Part shown: in pieces, positions 9,963-18,211 of the stretch
How positions within the stretch are numbered: position 1 is the stretch's first letter
Layout: every line of letters starts with the position of its first letter
From: SAR202 cluster bacterium
Lineage (GTDB): Bacteria; Chloroflexota; Dehalococcoidia; Lucifugimonadales; UBA3495
Length of the DNA: 55,796 nucleotides
Assembly (NCBI GenBank): GCA_009392095.1
Contig: VFHF01000182.1
Span: 1 to 55,796 of the forward strand
Direction of reading: 5' to 3'
Program-made: the position numbers and the translations under genes
The notes under the pieces: generated by a model
Databases searched by the model: none
Told to the model about the DNA's origin: nothing
What the model saw: the letters and a program-made list of their open reading frames with translations, nothing else

Positions 9963-10013
9963 TTGGGCTCCTCCTCAAAATGTTTGCGTGATTTTCGTTA
10001 AGCTGAAAGGCGG

Positions 10014-10364
10014 CTATTCGAGGTGTTCCGTTTCTAGGTCTGCCGCTGGATATGCAATCAGCAGCAAGGCTGGCGTCCAGAGGTGATGAATCAGTTTGTG
10101 AGGCAGGCCCGGCGGGGCCAACAAGGTGGTGCCTGCCCGCACCGTCCGTACCTCGTCACCCAGAATCACCTGGATGGCACCGGTCAATACCTGGATGGAG
10201 ACATCCACCGGATGTGTGTGCATCCGGCCCTCGTAACCGGGAGATATCTCTACTTCTTTCACAGTCAATGATACCGCACCCTGGTCTTTAGATACCAGAT
10301 ACCGCTCCCGCACCCGCTCCATGGTCGGGGCTAGTCGGACATCTGCATGGTCGATTATCGGCAT
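10014..10364 (-). CDS. cupin domain protein
   Basis: 116 aa. Cupin motifs G..MHTHP and ..PPGLPHKL. Confidence 0.7.
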   Translation of the reverse strand: MPIIDHADVRLAPTMERVRERYLVSKDQGAVSLTVKEVEISPGYEGRMHTHPVDVSIQVLTGAIQVILGDEVRTVRAGTTLLAPPGLPHKLIHHLWTPALLLIAYPAADLETEHLE

Positions 10365-10398
10365 GGGTTCCTCCGGGTTTAGTTCGTTCTGCCGTTGG

Positions 10399-11592
10399 TT
10401 ACTTAACAGTTACAGGGTAGCCAACTATGGCACTGAAATTCTTTCTCATGTTGTTGTACCGGGGGTCGCGGGACTGAACCCGGCCCACCTCGTCGGTGGC
10501 TCGGGACATGATGTTGTACTTGCCCGCTTTGTCCGCGTCCCACCTGTAGGACCAGCGCACCCACATGAACCGGTCGCGTGGTTGTTCGATATGGGCTGAG
10601 TGCCAGGTGTCTCCGCCGTCAACGCTAACGTCCACTTCGGATATTGCGCCGGCGCCGCTCCAGGCGTAGCCGCGCACCATGTGTACGCCCCGGGTCATCT
10701 CTTCGGTGTCATCGTTGGGTTGGGTCACGATGGACTTGACGCCCAGTGTGGTGATGAGTTCCTTGTTGGGATCTTCTGGCGAGTCACCGTAGTAATAGAA
10801 CTCGTAGTGATACCAGCACTCAGGCATGTGGTCCAGTATCTCCAGGTCAGTGATCCATTTTACCGACCAGTTCCCCGACCAGCCAGGTACTAGCAGCCGG
10901 ACGGGCGCGCCGTGGAGGTGCTCAAGGAGTTGTCCGTTCTGCGCCCAGGCCAATATGGTGTCGGGATGGAGGGCCTTCTGTATGGGGAGGCCCTTGTCAT
11001 AGTAAAAGGGCTTGGTTCCCTCGGCGGCGGTGGCGGGCACTCCCTCGTCATTCCCGACGGCGCGCACGTAAAGGGACTTGTCCGAGAGACCAGCCGCGTT
11101 CAGTACCGCGGCTAACGGGACACCGGTCCATTCACTGGCGCTGAGGATCATGCACTCTTGAGTGCGGGAAGGTTTGGGGCCCTCATCCTTGAAATACTCA
11201 AAGAAAGTCGCATCGCTGCCTGAACATTCCATGACCGTACGAACGCTGCGGCCGGCGAAGCGCCTAAGCTGATCGAAGTTCAACGTTAGCTCGTTCTTGA
11301 CCTCGCCGTGAATCTTCAACTCCCATTGGTCTGTCGCCACCACCGGTGGGACAGCGAAGTGCTGCACGGTGTAGTGCAGGTCGGTGGGGGTGATCAGACC
11401 CTCCAGGTCCATCACCGGGGTGCGGATGCGTACAACGCGGCCCTCGTCGTCCATAAGGTGGACCGGGCTTAGGTCTTTGGTAGGCCAGCCGTGCCAATTG
11501 CCGGTCTTGTTGGCGTTGGCGGGGTCCGAGCCAATCGCGTCGTCCATGCGTAGAAAGTCGGGAATCGCGCCGTCTTGTCGTGTCGTCGCCAT
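10399..11592 (-). CDS. sulfite-oxidase-family molybdopterin oxidoreductase, second paralogue
   Basis: 397 aa. Motifs MECSGS and GAPVRLLVPGWSGNWSVKWI. No Tat or Sec signal. Confidence 0.85.
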   Translation of the reverse strand: MATTRQDGAIPDFLRMDDAIGSDPANANKTGNWHGWPTKDLSPVHLMDDEGRVVRIRTPVMDLEGLITPTDLHYTVQHFAVPPVVATDQWELKIHGEVKNELTLNFDQLRRFAGRSVRTVMECSGSDATFFEYFKDEGPKPSRTQECMILSASEWTGVPLAAVLNAAGLSDKSLYVRAVGNDEGVPATAAEGTKPFYYDKGLPIQKALHPDTILAWAQNGQLLEHLHGAPVRLLVPGWSGNWSVKWITDLEILDHMPECWYHYEFYYYGDSPEDPNKELITTLGVKSIVTQPNDDTEEMTRGVHMVRGYAWSGAGAISEVDVSVDGGDTWHSAHIEQPRDRFMWVRWSYRWDADKAGKYNIMSRATDEVGRVQSRDPRYNNMRKNFSAIVGYPVTVK

Positions 11593-11710
11593 CGAGTTTC
11601 TCCTCTGGTATTACTTTAGTGGCTTAGGGTTTTGCATCCGTCAATCCAGACGAAACGCCAGGAGCAGTGTCTGGCGCTCATCTGATAACCCGTCATATAT
11701 TCGTTGTCGA

Positions 11711-12349
11711 TTAACAGTTGTCCCACTTCTTAGTGCGGAACGTGGTTATCTTTCCGGTCTCCGGGTCGAAGCTGTTGCGGTCTAGTGACCGGAGATCGTT
11801 GCCGTATACGTGAACCTCCACGGTTGGCCGGTCGGTGTGATTGTCCATCTGGTGAATCTCGTCTTCATCGGGAACCAGCAGGGTAATCTCACCGGGCTTG
11901 AACGTGGCGGCGCGGTCTTTCTCTAGCTTGGCGTAGCCATCCACATCGTGGTCGTCCACGCGGCGGTACCTGGTTTCAGTGATGCTGTTTTCCAGTATCC
12001 CAATCATGCCCCAGGTCCGGTGGTCATGGGGGCCAAGGTGGTCGCCGGCGCCCCAGACGACTGCGGTGACTTGCAGTCCACTCTCGCCCTGATAGAGCAT
12101 GCGCGAGGCGTGGTTGGGGCGGGGGCCGGCGCCCAGAGGAAGCCGGAATTCCAAAGGTATGGAATCTGGCGTGCTGACCAGCCGCTCAAGCCAAGCAGAA
12201 CCTTTGTCGAAGATCTGCTGGTCACCGGGTTGGCTCTTGAGCAAGGATTCCATGTCTTGAGTGAACTCTTCTAAGGAATACTTAACGGTGGCCAAGGCGC
12301 TCCTTCTTTCCGGGGCGGATAGACTGGTGTCCCGGAGCCTGAGATTCAC
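11711..12349 (-). CDS. cysteine-dioxygenase type I family (COG5553-like) thiol dioxygenase cupin
   Basis: 212 aa. Motif GPHDHRTWGMIGILEN followed by EIHQMDN, typical of the CDO/3-mercaptopropionate dioxygenase-like metal site. Confidence 0.65.
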   Translation of the reverse strand: MNLRLRDTSLSAPERRSALATVKYSLEEFTQDMESLLKSQPGDQQIFDKGSAWLERLVSTPDSIPLEFRLPLGAGPRPNHASRMLYQGESGLQVTAVVWGAGDHLGPHDHRTWGMIGILENSITETRYRRVDDHDVDGYAKLEKDRAATFKPGEITLLVPDEDEIHQMDNHTDRPTVEVHVYGNDLRSLDRNSFDPETGKITTFRTKKWDNC

Positions 12350-12466
12350 ATGATACGAGCCTAGATTTCAGGTAATTATCGTGATGGTGGTAATGGGTGT
12401 CAATAGGACTGAAATTGGGCCAACCGATAGCTTGTAATCCTACCGTTCCGCGATTCGAAAACCAGG

Positions 12467-12475
12467 TGCTAGAAT
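12467..12475 (+). promoter_or_regulatory. extended -10 element TGCTAGAAT
   Basis: Lies 26 nt upstream of ATG 12502. Confidence 0.35.
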
Positions 12476-12501
12476 GACTTGTCAGTTGAGTCGAGGACTA
12501 G

Positions 12502-12915
12502 ATGGAAGAAGAGGAAGACCAAGGACCGTCATACCCCAGGCCCTGGTACTACCGGCCGGAGTTCATGATTCCCATGTTCATCTTCTGGCCGTCGGGAGCG
12601 CTATTGGCCATCCGGTCGCCATGGAACACAAATGTGATGTTTGGTGGGGTGGCTTGGGCGTTCATCTTTGTGTTCGGGATCTTGGGGGTCAGGTGGTTGA
12701 ACGACGGGGTTTACCAACCGATCATGACTTTTTACGTGCCTGGGGTACTCCTGACAATCATCACACAGGTACAATGGACGGCCTACCGGAAGCAGATGGC
12801 CGAAAAGGAAGATCCATCTGACGCAAATTCCGGGGAAAGGGAAGAGACGAACCCTCCGCGCCCCTCCGCCCGGAGACGCCGAAGGAACCAACGGACCGGT
12901 CGCATTAGAAACTGA
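12502..12915 (+). CDS. hypothetical membrane protein
   Basis: 137 aa. GAGGA RBS 5 nt upstream. Three hydrophobic segments and a basic C-terminal tail. TGCTAGAAT promoter-like element upstream. Confidence 0.45.
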   Translation: MEEEEDQGPSYPRPWYYRPEFMIPMFIFWPSGALLAIRSPWNTNVMFGGVAWAFIFVFGILGVRWLNDGVYQPIMTFYVPGVLLTIITQVQWTAYRKQMAEKEDPSDANSGEREETNPPRPSARRRRRNQRTGRIRN

Positions 12916-13291
12916 CGACAGCGCTGGCGTTGGCCAGTAGCGTGCCCTCCTGAGACTCGACGGTTAGCTGGCACTTCACGGTCAGTCTTCCACCCTCATT
13001 CGACTTATCAACAACCCGTCCGCAAACGCTGACCGTGTCTCCGGGCAGGAACTCAATTACGCTCTCCGTTTCAATGGTCGTACTGTCGTTGTTGACGTTA
13101 TCCGGCGGAAAGGCTTTGAGGAGCAGTTCTTTGGCGAACGCAGCCAGTTTTTCCGGGCCAACTGGGTCCTCTTGGGGAGTTCCAGCCCCTTCCTGCACCG
13201 GCGGACGGAACTCGAACTTGACCAGTATCGGTAAGTCGTCGCCAACTGATATGTTGCCGTATTCTGACGTCTGGGCCCAGAGGGTGGGCAT
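12905..13291 (-). CDS. hotdog-fold (MaoC-like) protein
   Basis: 128 aa. The C-terminal GDTVSVCGRVVDKSNEGGRLTVKCQLTVESQEGTLLANASAVV pattern is typical of a hotdog central helix and sheet. Confidence 0.5.
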   Translation of the reverse strand: MPTLWAQTSEYGNISVGDDLPILVKFEFRPPVQEGAGTPQEDPVGPEKLAAFAKELLLKAFPPDNVNNDSTTIETESVIEFLPGDTVSVCGRVVDKSNEGGRLTVKCQLTVESQEGTLLANASAVVSF

Positions 13292-13406
13292 GTGGCTTTC
13301 TCCTGGAATTATTCCGGTGTAGCCTTGGGCTATGATACACTGAATTTTGAGCCTGGATTAAGCAATTTAGATGGATTTGGGCTGATGTATTGGGAGGAAT
13401 ATTTCC

Positions 13407-14117
13407 ATGGCGGAGAACGAAGAGCCATTCCGTAGAGGGATGGTCGTCATGGCCCACCCGGATGATGCTGAGTGGAGCTGCTCCGGGACGGTGGCCAGGT
13501 GGTGTGCGGAGGGCTGGGATGTAGTTTATGTCCTTTGCACCGATGGCAGCAAAGGCAGTTCCGACCCGGAGATGACCAGCGAAAAGCTGGTGGAGATAAG
13601 AGAGAAAGAACAGCGGGACGCCGGGAACGTCTTGGGACTGCAAGATGTGGTTTTCTTAGGCTACCCAGATTCTTATCTTGAGCCAACTTTGGAGCTGCGC
13701 AAAGACATAGCCCGGGAGATACGCCGCTATAAACCAGATGTGGTGATTGTTGGCAGTCCTGGGAGAGATATCGAGAGAGGCTATTATGTGAGCCACCCGG
13801 ACCATCTTGCGGCCGGAGAAGCGGCATTGTCAGCAATATTCCCCACAGCCCGAGACCGGTTGACCTTTCCAGAACTGCTCGACGAGGGCCTGGAACCCCA
13901 CAATGTCCGGGAAGTGTGGGTGACTGGCGGCGACAACTCAGACCAGTTTGTTGATGTGGAAGCCTACATGGACACTGCCGTGAAAGCTCTGAAGGCCCAC
14001 AAATCGCAGGTAGACCAAGAGAACGCGGGGGAATGGTTCCGCCAAGGGCGCATCGACACCGGCAAAAAAGTAGGCATGGCCTACGCCGAGGGTTTCAAGC
14101 GGATACCGTTCGGGTAG
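13407..14117 (+). CDS. PIG-L/LmbE family deacetylase
   Basis: 236 aa. Motif VVMAHPDDAE and downstream HPDH. GGAGGA RBS. Confidence 0.85.
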   Translation: MAENEEPFRRGMVVMAHPDDAEWSCSGTVARWCAEGWDVVYVLCTDGSKGSSDPEMTSEKLVEIREKEQRDAGNVLGLQDVVFLGYPDSYLEPTLELRKDIAREIRRYKPDVVIVGSPGRDIERGYYVSHPDHLAAGEAALSAIFPTARDRLTFPELLDEGLEPHNVREVWVTGGDNSDQFVDVEAYMDTAVKALKAHKSQVDQENAGEWFRQGRIDTGKKVGMAYAEGFKRIPFG

Positions 14118-14138
14118 GTTCCAGTCGTTGTTCTGTAT

Positions 14139-14288
14139 ACGTAGGTGCGGGTTTTTAACCCGCCGTAACAAGGGCGATGATCTTATACTTCGCGAACCGC
14201 GTACTAGGAAAACGCCCAAGTTGGAGTTTTCTGTTAGCAGAAACAGAGTTGGCGAGAGTCAAATCGGGCCAAAAACCCGCTCCTACGG
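14139..14288. repeat. ~150-nt inverted-repeat (MITE/REP-like) element, copy A
   Basis: Left end CGTAGGTGCGGGTTTTTAACCCGCC. Right end AAAAACCCGCTCCTACGG, which is the reverse complement of CCGTAGGAGCGGGTTTTT. Left end contains the hairpin GCGGGTT-TTT-AACCCGC. Confidence 0.55.
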
Positions 14289-14307
14289 AAGTCGGTTATC
14301 CCTAAAT

Positions 14308-14348
14308 AGAAAAGGCGGGGTCTCAACAGAGACCCCGCCTTTTCTTTG
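14308..14348. terminator. bidirectional intrinsic terminator (PIG-L gene / arsM convergent pair)
   Basis: 11-bp stem GGCGGGGTCTC / GAGACCCCGCC with loop AACA, flanked by AAAA on the 5' side and TTTTCTTT on the 3' side. Confidence 0.8.
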
Positions 14349-14373
14349 CCTGGTTCAGATCTTTCAGGAGGCC

Positions 14374-15186
14374 CTAGGCGGGTTTGTGGGCTACTACTTT
14401 GTATCCGGCGGTGTTGGTGGCAGGCCGTTCGGACCGGTCGTTCATGTAGTCTGCCTGCTCGCCGGCGAACTCGATGTCCGTGAACCCGGCGCGGATCAAC
14501 CGGTCGCGGTATACGTCCACATGCTCGGCGCCTGCTGTGCAGGACACCCAGTCCTCAGGCGACGAGACGCTGGGGCCTTCGTCGGTCAAGGCCATCACGT
14601 CGGAGAGGTGGATGCGGCCGCCGGGAGACAGGACACGGAAGCTTTCGCTGAACACAGCGTCCTTGTCGGGAGAGAGGCAGACCACGCAGTTGGAGATGAT
14701 CACGTCTACGCTGGAGTCGGGGATGGGCATCTTCTCCATTTCCCCCTGGACGAAGTCCACGTTCTCTATGCCTAGTTTGGCCTTGTTGGCACGGGCCAGT
14801 TCCAGCATGGCGGGGGTCATGTCCAGTCCGGTCACCTTGCCGGTGTCGCCGACCTGCTGGGAAGCAAGGAAGCAGTCGATGCCGCCCCCTGAGCCCAGAT
14901 CCAGTACCCGTTCACCGGGTTGCAGGCCCGCTAGGGCCGTGGGGTTGCCACAACCAGCTGAGGCCGCAATCGACTCCATCGGGAGCCCGCTTAGCTGGCC
15001 TTCGTTGTACAGCAGCATGGCGTGGTCAAGGTCCTCAACACCACAGCAATCGCCGTCGGTGGAACAGCCGCAGCCGTCGGACTCGGTATTCTCGAGTTCG
15101 GCTGGGGTGAGGCTGATCACCCGCTCCGCTCGGGCGCCGTAACGTTCTCGAACCAATTCTTTTATTTGGTCTTGTTCAGTGGACAT
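14374..15186 (-). CDS. arsM: arsenite S-adenosylmethionine methyltransferase
   Basis: 270 aa. SAM motif VLDLGSGGGIDCF. ArsM-type conserved Cys contexts ASAGCGNP, SNCVVCLSPDKD and VSCTAGAE. Confidence 0.85.
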   Translation of the reverse strand: MSTEQDQIKELVRERYGARAERVISLTPAELENTESDGCGCSTDGDCCGVEDLDHAMLLYNEGQLSGLPMESIAASAGCGNPTALAGLQPGERVLDLGSGGGIDCFLASQQVGDTGKVTGLDMTPAMLELARANKAKLGIENVDFVQGEMEKMPIPDSSVDVIISNCVVCLSPDKDAVFSESFRVLSPGGRIHLSDVMALTDEGPSVSSPEDWVSCTAGAEHVDVYRDRLIRAGFTDIEFAGEQADYMNDRSERPATNTAGYKVVAHKPA

Positions 15187-15221
15187 TTTTGTCCTCCCCT
15201 GATGTGTTTTTTGCCGGTTAT

Positions 15222-15611
15222 CTACTTGCCTGTTGGAAGGGCTTGTTTGATGCAGTCCTCAACGGTGGGTACCATCCGCTGCCAGACTTGGGCGGCGGCC
15301 CTGAAAGCCTCTTCGCCGGAGTCGGTCAGCCAGCACACCCGGCGTTGCCGCCCTTGGTGCTCTTCCATGCGCCAGTCAACGTAGCCGCCGTCTTGGAGCT
15401 CCTTCATTGTCGAGTAGACCATGGCCTCGGTGGGTTCGCAGCAACCTTGGCACGCTTCCTTCATGGCCTGGTTGATGCCGTAGCCGTGCACCGGTCCCTT
15501 GGCCAGTTGGGCCAAGAGCAGGAACCGGCATAGACTGCGCTTCACCAGGTTCTCCCAATACGCCTCGGTCTGCATGGCCATTTTCTTGGGTTCTCGTTTT
15601 ATGCTGGTCAT
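15222..15611 (-). CDS. PadR family transcriptional regulator
   Basis: 129 aa. Winged-helix PadR signature LLLAQLAKGPVHGYGINQAM..YSTMKELQDGGYV. Confidence 0.85.
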   Translation of the reverse strand: MTSIKREPKKMAMQTEAYWENLVKRSLCRFLLLAQLAKGPVHGYGINQAMKEACQGCCEPTEAMVYSTMKELQDGGYVDWRMEEHQGRQRRVCWLTDSGEEAFRAAAQVWQRMVPTVEDCIKQALPTGK

Positions 15612-15780
15612 TCTACCTTTTCTTACCCTATTGAGATTCTCGAGATTTCGCCGACGGCTTCTATATTAATTTTGGAACACTAATCCGGCTTTGATACTCA
15701 ACAAGCTTAAGTATGCTATGCCAGCCGGCAACCGCTGTCAACACTTCTTTCGCAGATCGGCCAAAACTGAAGCTAGATTG

Positions 15781-15789
15781 TGTTAGAAT
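15781..15789 (+). promoter_or_regulatory. extended -10 element TGTTAGAAT
   Basis: Lies 43 nt upstream of the enolase-superfamily ATG 15833, in the divergent PadR/enolase spacer. Confidence 0.35.
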
Positions 15790-15832
15790 CGGGCCGCTTA
15801 GGTATCGGAAAGGCCCGTTGATAAGGACCAAC

Positions 15833-16933
15833 ATGAAGATTACCAAGTCGCAAGTTCAGGTACTACACGCCCCGGCCGACGAACAATTGGTGGACGTGCA
15901 GCCGAAGTCTGGGGGCATGCGCGCCTTTGTGACCGTGAAGATGATGACTGACGACGGGATCGAAGGCATCGGGCTGACCTTCGCCCCCGCCTTGGGGTTG
16001 AGCCCTCTGGCCCCGGCGTTGAAATCGGCGGTGGATGCTCTCTGCGCCCTGGCGGAAGGCCAAGACCCCATGGAGATCGAGGCCGTGATGCAGAGTCTGC
16101 GCGAGAAGACCACTGGCTCCGGGCCTGGTGGAATCCTGACCCTGGCGATGGCCGCGGTGGACATGGCTCTGTGGGACATCAAGGGTAAGGCGTTGGACCA
16201 GTCTGTTTGTTCTCTTTTGGGTGGTTACCGTAAGCGGGTGCCCACCTATGCCAGCGGCGCGTTGATGCGCCCCATGAACCTGGAACAGATGGCCGAGATT
16301 GGCCCGGCGCTGGTCCAGAAAGGGTTCAAGCAGATGAAGTCGCAGATGGGCGCGGAAGACACCCCGGCAAAAGAGGTCCTGCGCATGCGCACGCTGCGGG
16401 AGGCCGTGGGCGATGACATCGACATTATGTGCGACATCAACCAACTCTGGAATGTGAACCAGGCCATCACCATCGGTAGCCGGGTGGAGGAATACAACCT
16501 GTTCTGGCTGGAGGATGTGGTCGCCCATGACGACTACCAAGGTCTGGCCCGGGTGGCCGACGCCCTGAACACTCCCATCGCCGCGGGGGAGTACGTATAT
16601 GGAATCAACCCATTTCGGCAGCTCATCGAAAACCGCTCTATAGACATCGTGATGATCGATCTACTGCGGGTGGGAGGCATCACTGAGTGGCGTAAGGTGG
16701 CGGGCATGGCCGAGGCGTTCAACCTGCCGGTGGTGAGCCATCTGGTCCCTGAGATTCACATCCAGCTCATGGGCGCGATCCCCAACGGCCTTACGGTCGA
16801 GTACATGCCCTGGACGTTGAAGCTGTTTGAGGAGACTCCCAAGTTCGTCGATGGGTGTCTGGAAGTGCCCGACAAGCCTGGCTTGGGCCTGAAGTTCAGC
16901 GAAGACGCGATAAAGCAATATGCTGTCAGCTAA
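15833..16933 (+). CDS. mandelate racemase/muconate lactonizing enzyme family (enolase superfamily) protein
   Basis: Start moved to the internal ATG (MKITKSQVQVL). MR/MLE N- and C-domain pattern (AAVDMALWDIKGK, MCDINQLW, WLEDV). Confidence 0.85.
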   Translation: MKITKSQVQVLHAPADEQLVDVQPKSGGMRAFVTVKMMTDDGIEGIGLTFAPALGLSPLAPALKSAVDALCALAEGQDPMEIEAVMQSLREKTTGSGPGGILTLAMAAVDMALWDIKGKALDQSVCSLLGGYRKRVPTYASGALMRPMNLEQMAEIGPALVQKGFKQMKSQMGAEDTPAKEVLRMRTLREAVGDDIDIMCDINQLWNVNQAITIGSRVEEYNLFWLEDVVAHDDYQGLARVADALNTPIAAGEYVYGINPFRQLIENRSIDIVMIDLLRVGGITEWRKVAGMAEAFNLPVVSHLVPEIHIQLMGAIPNGLTVEYMPWTLKLFEETPKFVDGCLEVPDKPGLGLKFSEDAIKQYAVS

Positions 16934-17052
16934 CAGGTGTCAGCCTTTCGTAAACCGCTCAATTTTGGAATAAAAGATGGGTACTCTTAAGAGTACTGGG
17001 ATCTGAATCAGCCCTAAAAATGCTGACAGCTAAAAGCTACTGGAGGTAAAAC

Positions 17053-17364
17053 ATGGTTGCACAGATACGTACTTACACCATCAATAAGGGAATGATGGAA
17101 TCTTGGTTGGAGCTTTTCGACAAGGAGATTCGGCCTGTACACGTGAGCCTGGGGATCCCCATCGTGGCCACCTATGTCAACGCAGACCGCACCGACTTCA
17201 TCTGGGTGCGGACCTTTGAGACCGCGGAAGAGATTCCGGAGAAAGAGAAGGCCTACTTCGCTTCACCGGGACGAAAAGCCCTGGGCGACAAACCCACCAA
17301 CCACATCGCAAGGATGGACGTTAAGCTGGTGGAAGAAGTGCTTGAGACCGCCAAGGCAGCCTAG
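17053..17364 (+). CDS. NIPSNAP-family protein, copy 1
   Basis: 103 aa. IRTYTINKGMMESWLELF..IWVRTF pattern. GGAGG RBS. Confidence 0.7.
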   Translation: MVAQIRTYTINKGMMESWLELFDKEIRPVHVSLGIPIVATYVNADRTDFIWVRTFETAEEIPEKEKAYFASPGRKALGDKPTNHIARMDVKLVEEVLETAKAA

Positions 17365-17395
17365 ATACCTATCAGCTAATTTTAGGAGAGAAAAC

Positions 17396-17698
17396 ATGGT
17401 TGACCAGATGCGCAGCTACACCATCAATAAGGGAATGATGGACTCTTGGATCAAATTGTTCGAGACCGGGATCAAGCCGGCCCATGATGCTGTTGGAATG
17501 CCGGTGGTGGCCACTTGGGTCAACATGGACCATAACCAATTCATCTGGGTCCGCCGGTTCCCCGAGGGCGCCGACATCCCCGCCAAAGAAGACGAGTTCC
17601 GCAACTCTGACGGATTCAAATCTTTAGGGACCCAGCCGGGCGACCACATCGCAAAGATGGACGTCCAGAACCTCGAGCTAGGTAAGCTAGCAGCTTAA
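17396..17698 (+). CDS. NIPSNAP-family protein, copy 2
   Basis: Start set at the internal ATG 17396 behind AGGAGAG. The product MVDQMRSYTINKGMMDSWIKLF.. is colinear with copy 1. Confidence 0.7.
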   Translation: MVDQMRSYTINKGMMDSWIKLFETGIKPAHDAVGMPVVATWVNMDHNQFIWVRRFPEGADIPAKEDEFRNSDGFKSLGTQPGDHIAKMDVQNLELGKLAA

Positions 17699-17712
17699 GG
17701 GCCTTTCTTTCA

Positions 17713-17743
17713 GCGGTCAGCTAATAGGGAATTAGCTGACCGC
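17713..17743. terminator. 13-bp perfect hairpin between convergent NIPSNAP-2 and GNAT genes (possible bidirectional terminator)
   Basis: GCGGTCAGCTAAT-AGGGA-ATTAGCTGACCGC. U-tracts are weak on both sides. Confidence 0.45.
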
Positions 17744-17752
17744 TAATCGCTT

Positions 17753-18211
17753 TTAGGTGACCGCTTCCTTGCGCATCAGGACGTGGACTATGTCCGCTTC
17801 CAGGAATTTTTCCCCGCGCTCGACGTAACCGTGGGCGGAGTAGAAATCTTTGACGTACACCTGGGCGTTTAGGATATAAGTTGTTACGCCCTGAGCGGTG
17901 GCCTCATCTTCCAGAAATTGCAGTAGACGGCCCCCGATTCCCTGGCGTCGGAATTCGATGTCGACAGCCATGCGGCCGATGCGCGCCGCGCTGTCCTCGT
18001 CGCGGTAGAATACTCTGCCAGTGGCCACCACTTTATCATCGTGCCCCTCGCGGTTAGATATAACGATGGCGTGGGTGGCTGTGGCATCGGTCTCGTCCAG
18101 CTCATCTTCCATGGGTACCTGTTGTTCGCCCACGAACACCCGGAACCGCACGCCTAACGCGCCCTCCATCTCGGCCTCAGTCTCCACAAGTTTTATTGTC
18201 AGGTCGTCCAA
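17753..18211 (-). CDS. GNAT family N-acetyltransferase
   Basis: Acetyl-CoA motif RRQGIGGRLLQFLE. Probable TTG start at 18211 behind AGAGGA. The longest ORF extends to 18313. Confidence 0.75.
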   Translation of the reverse strand: MDDLTIKLVETEAEMEGALGVRFRVFVGEQQVPMEDELDETDATATHAIVISNREGHDDKVVATGRVFYRDEDSAARIGRMAVDIEFRRQGIGGRLLQFLEDEATAQGVTTYILNAQVYVKDFYSAHGYVERGEKFLEADIVHVLMRKEAVT

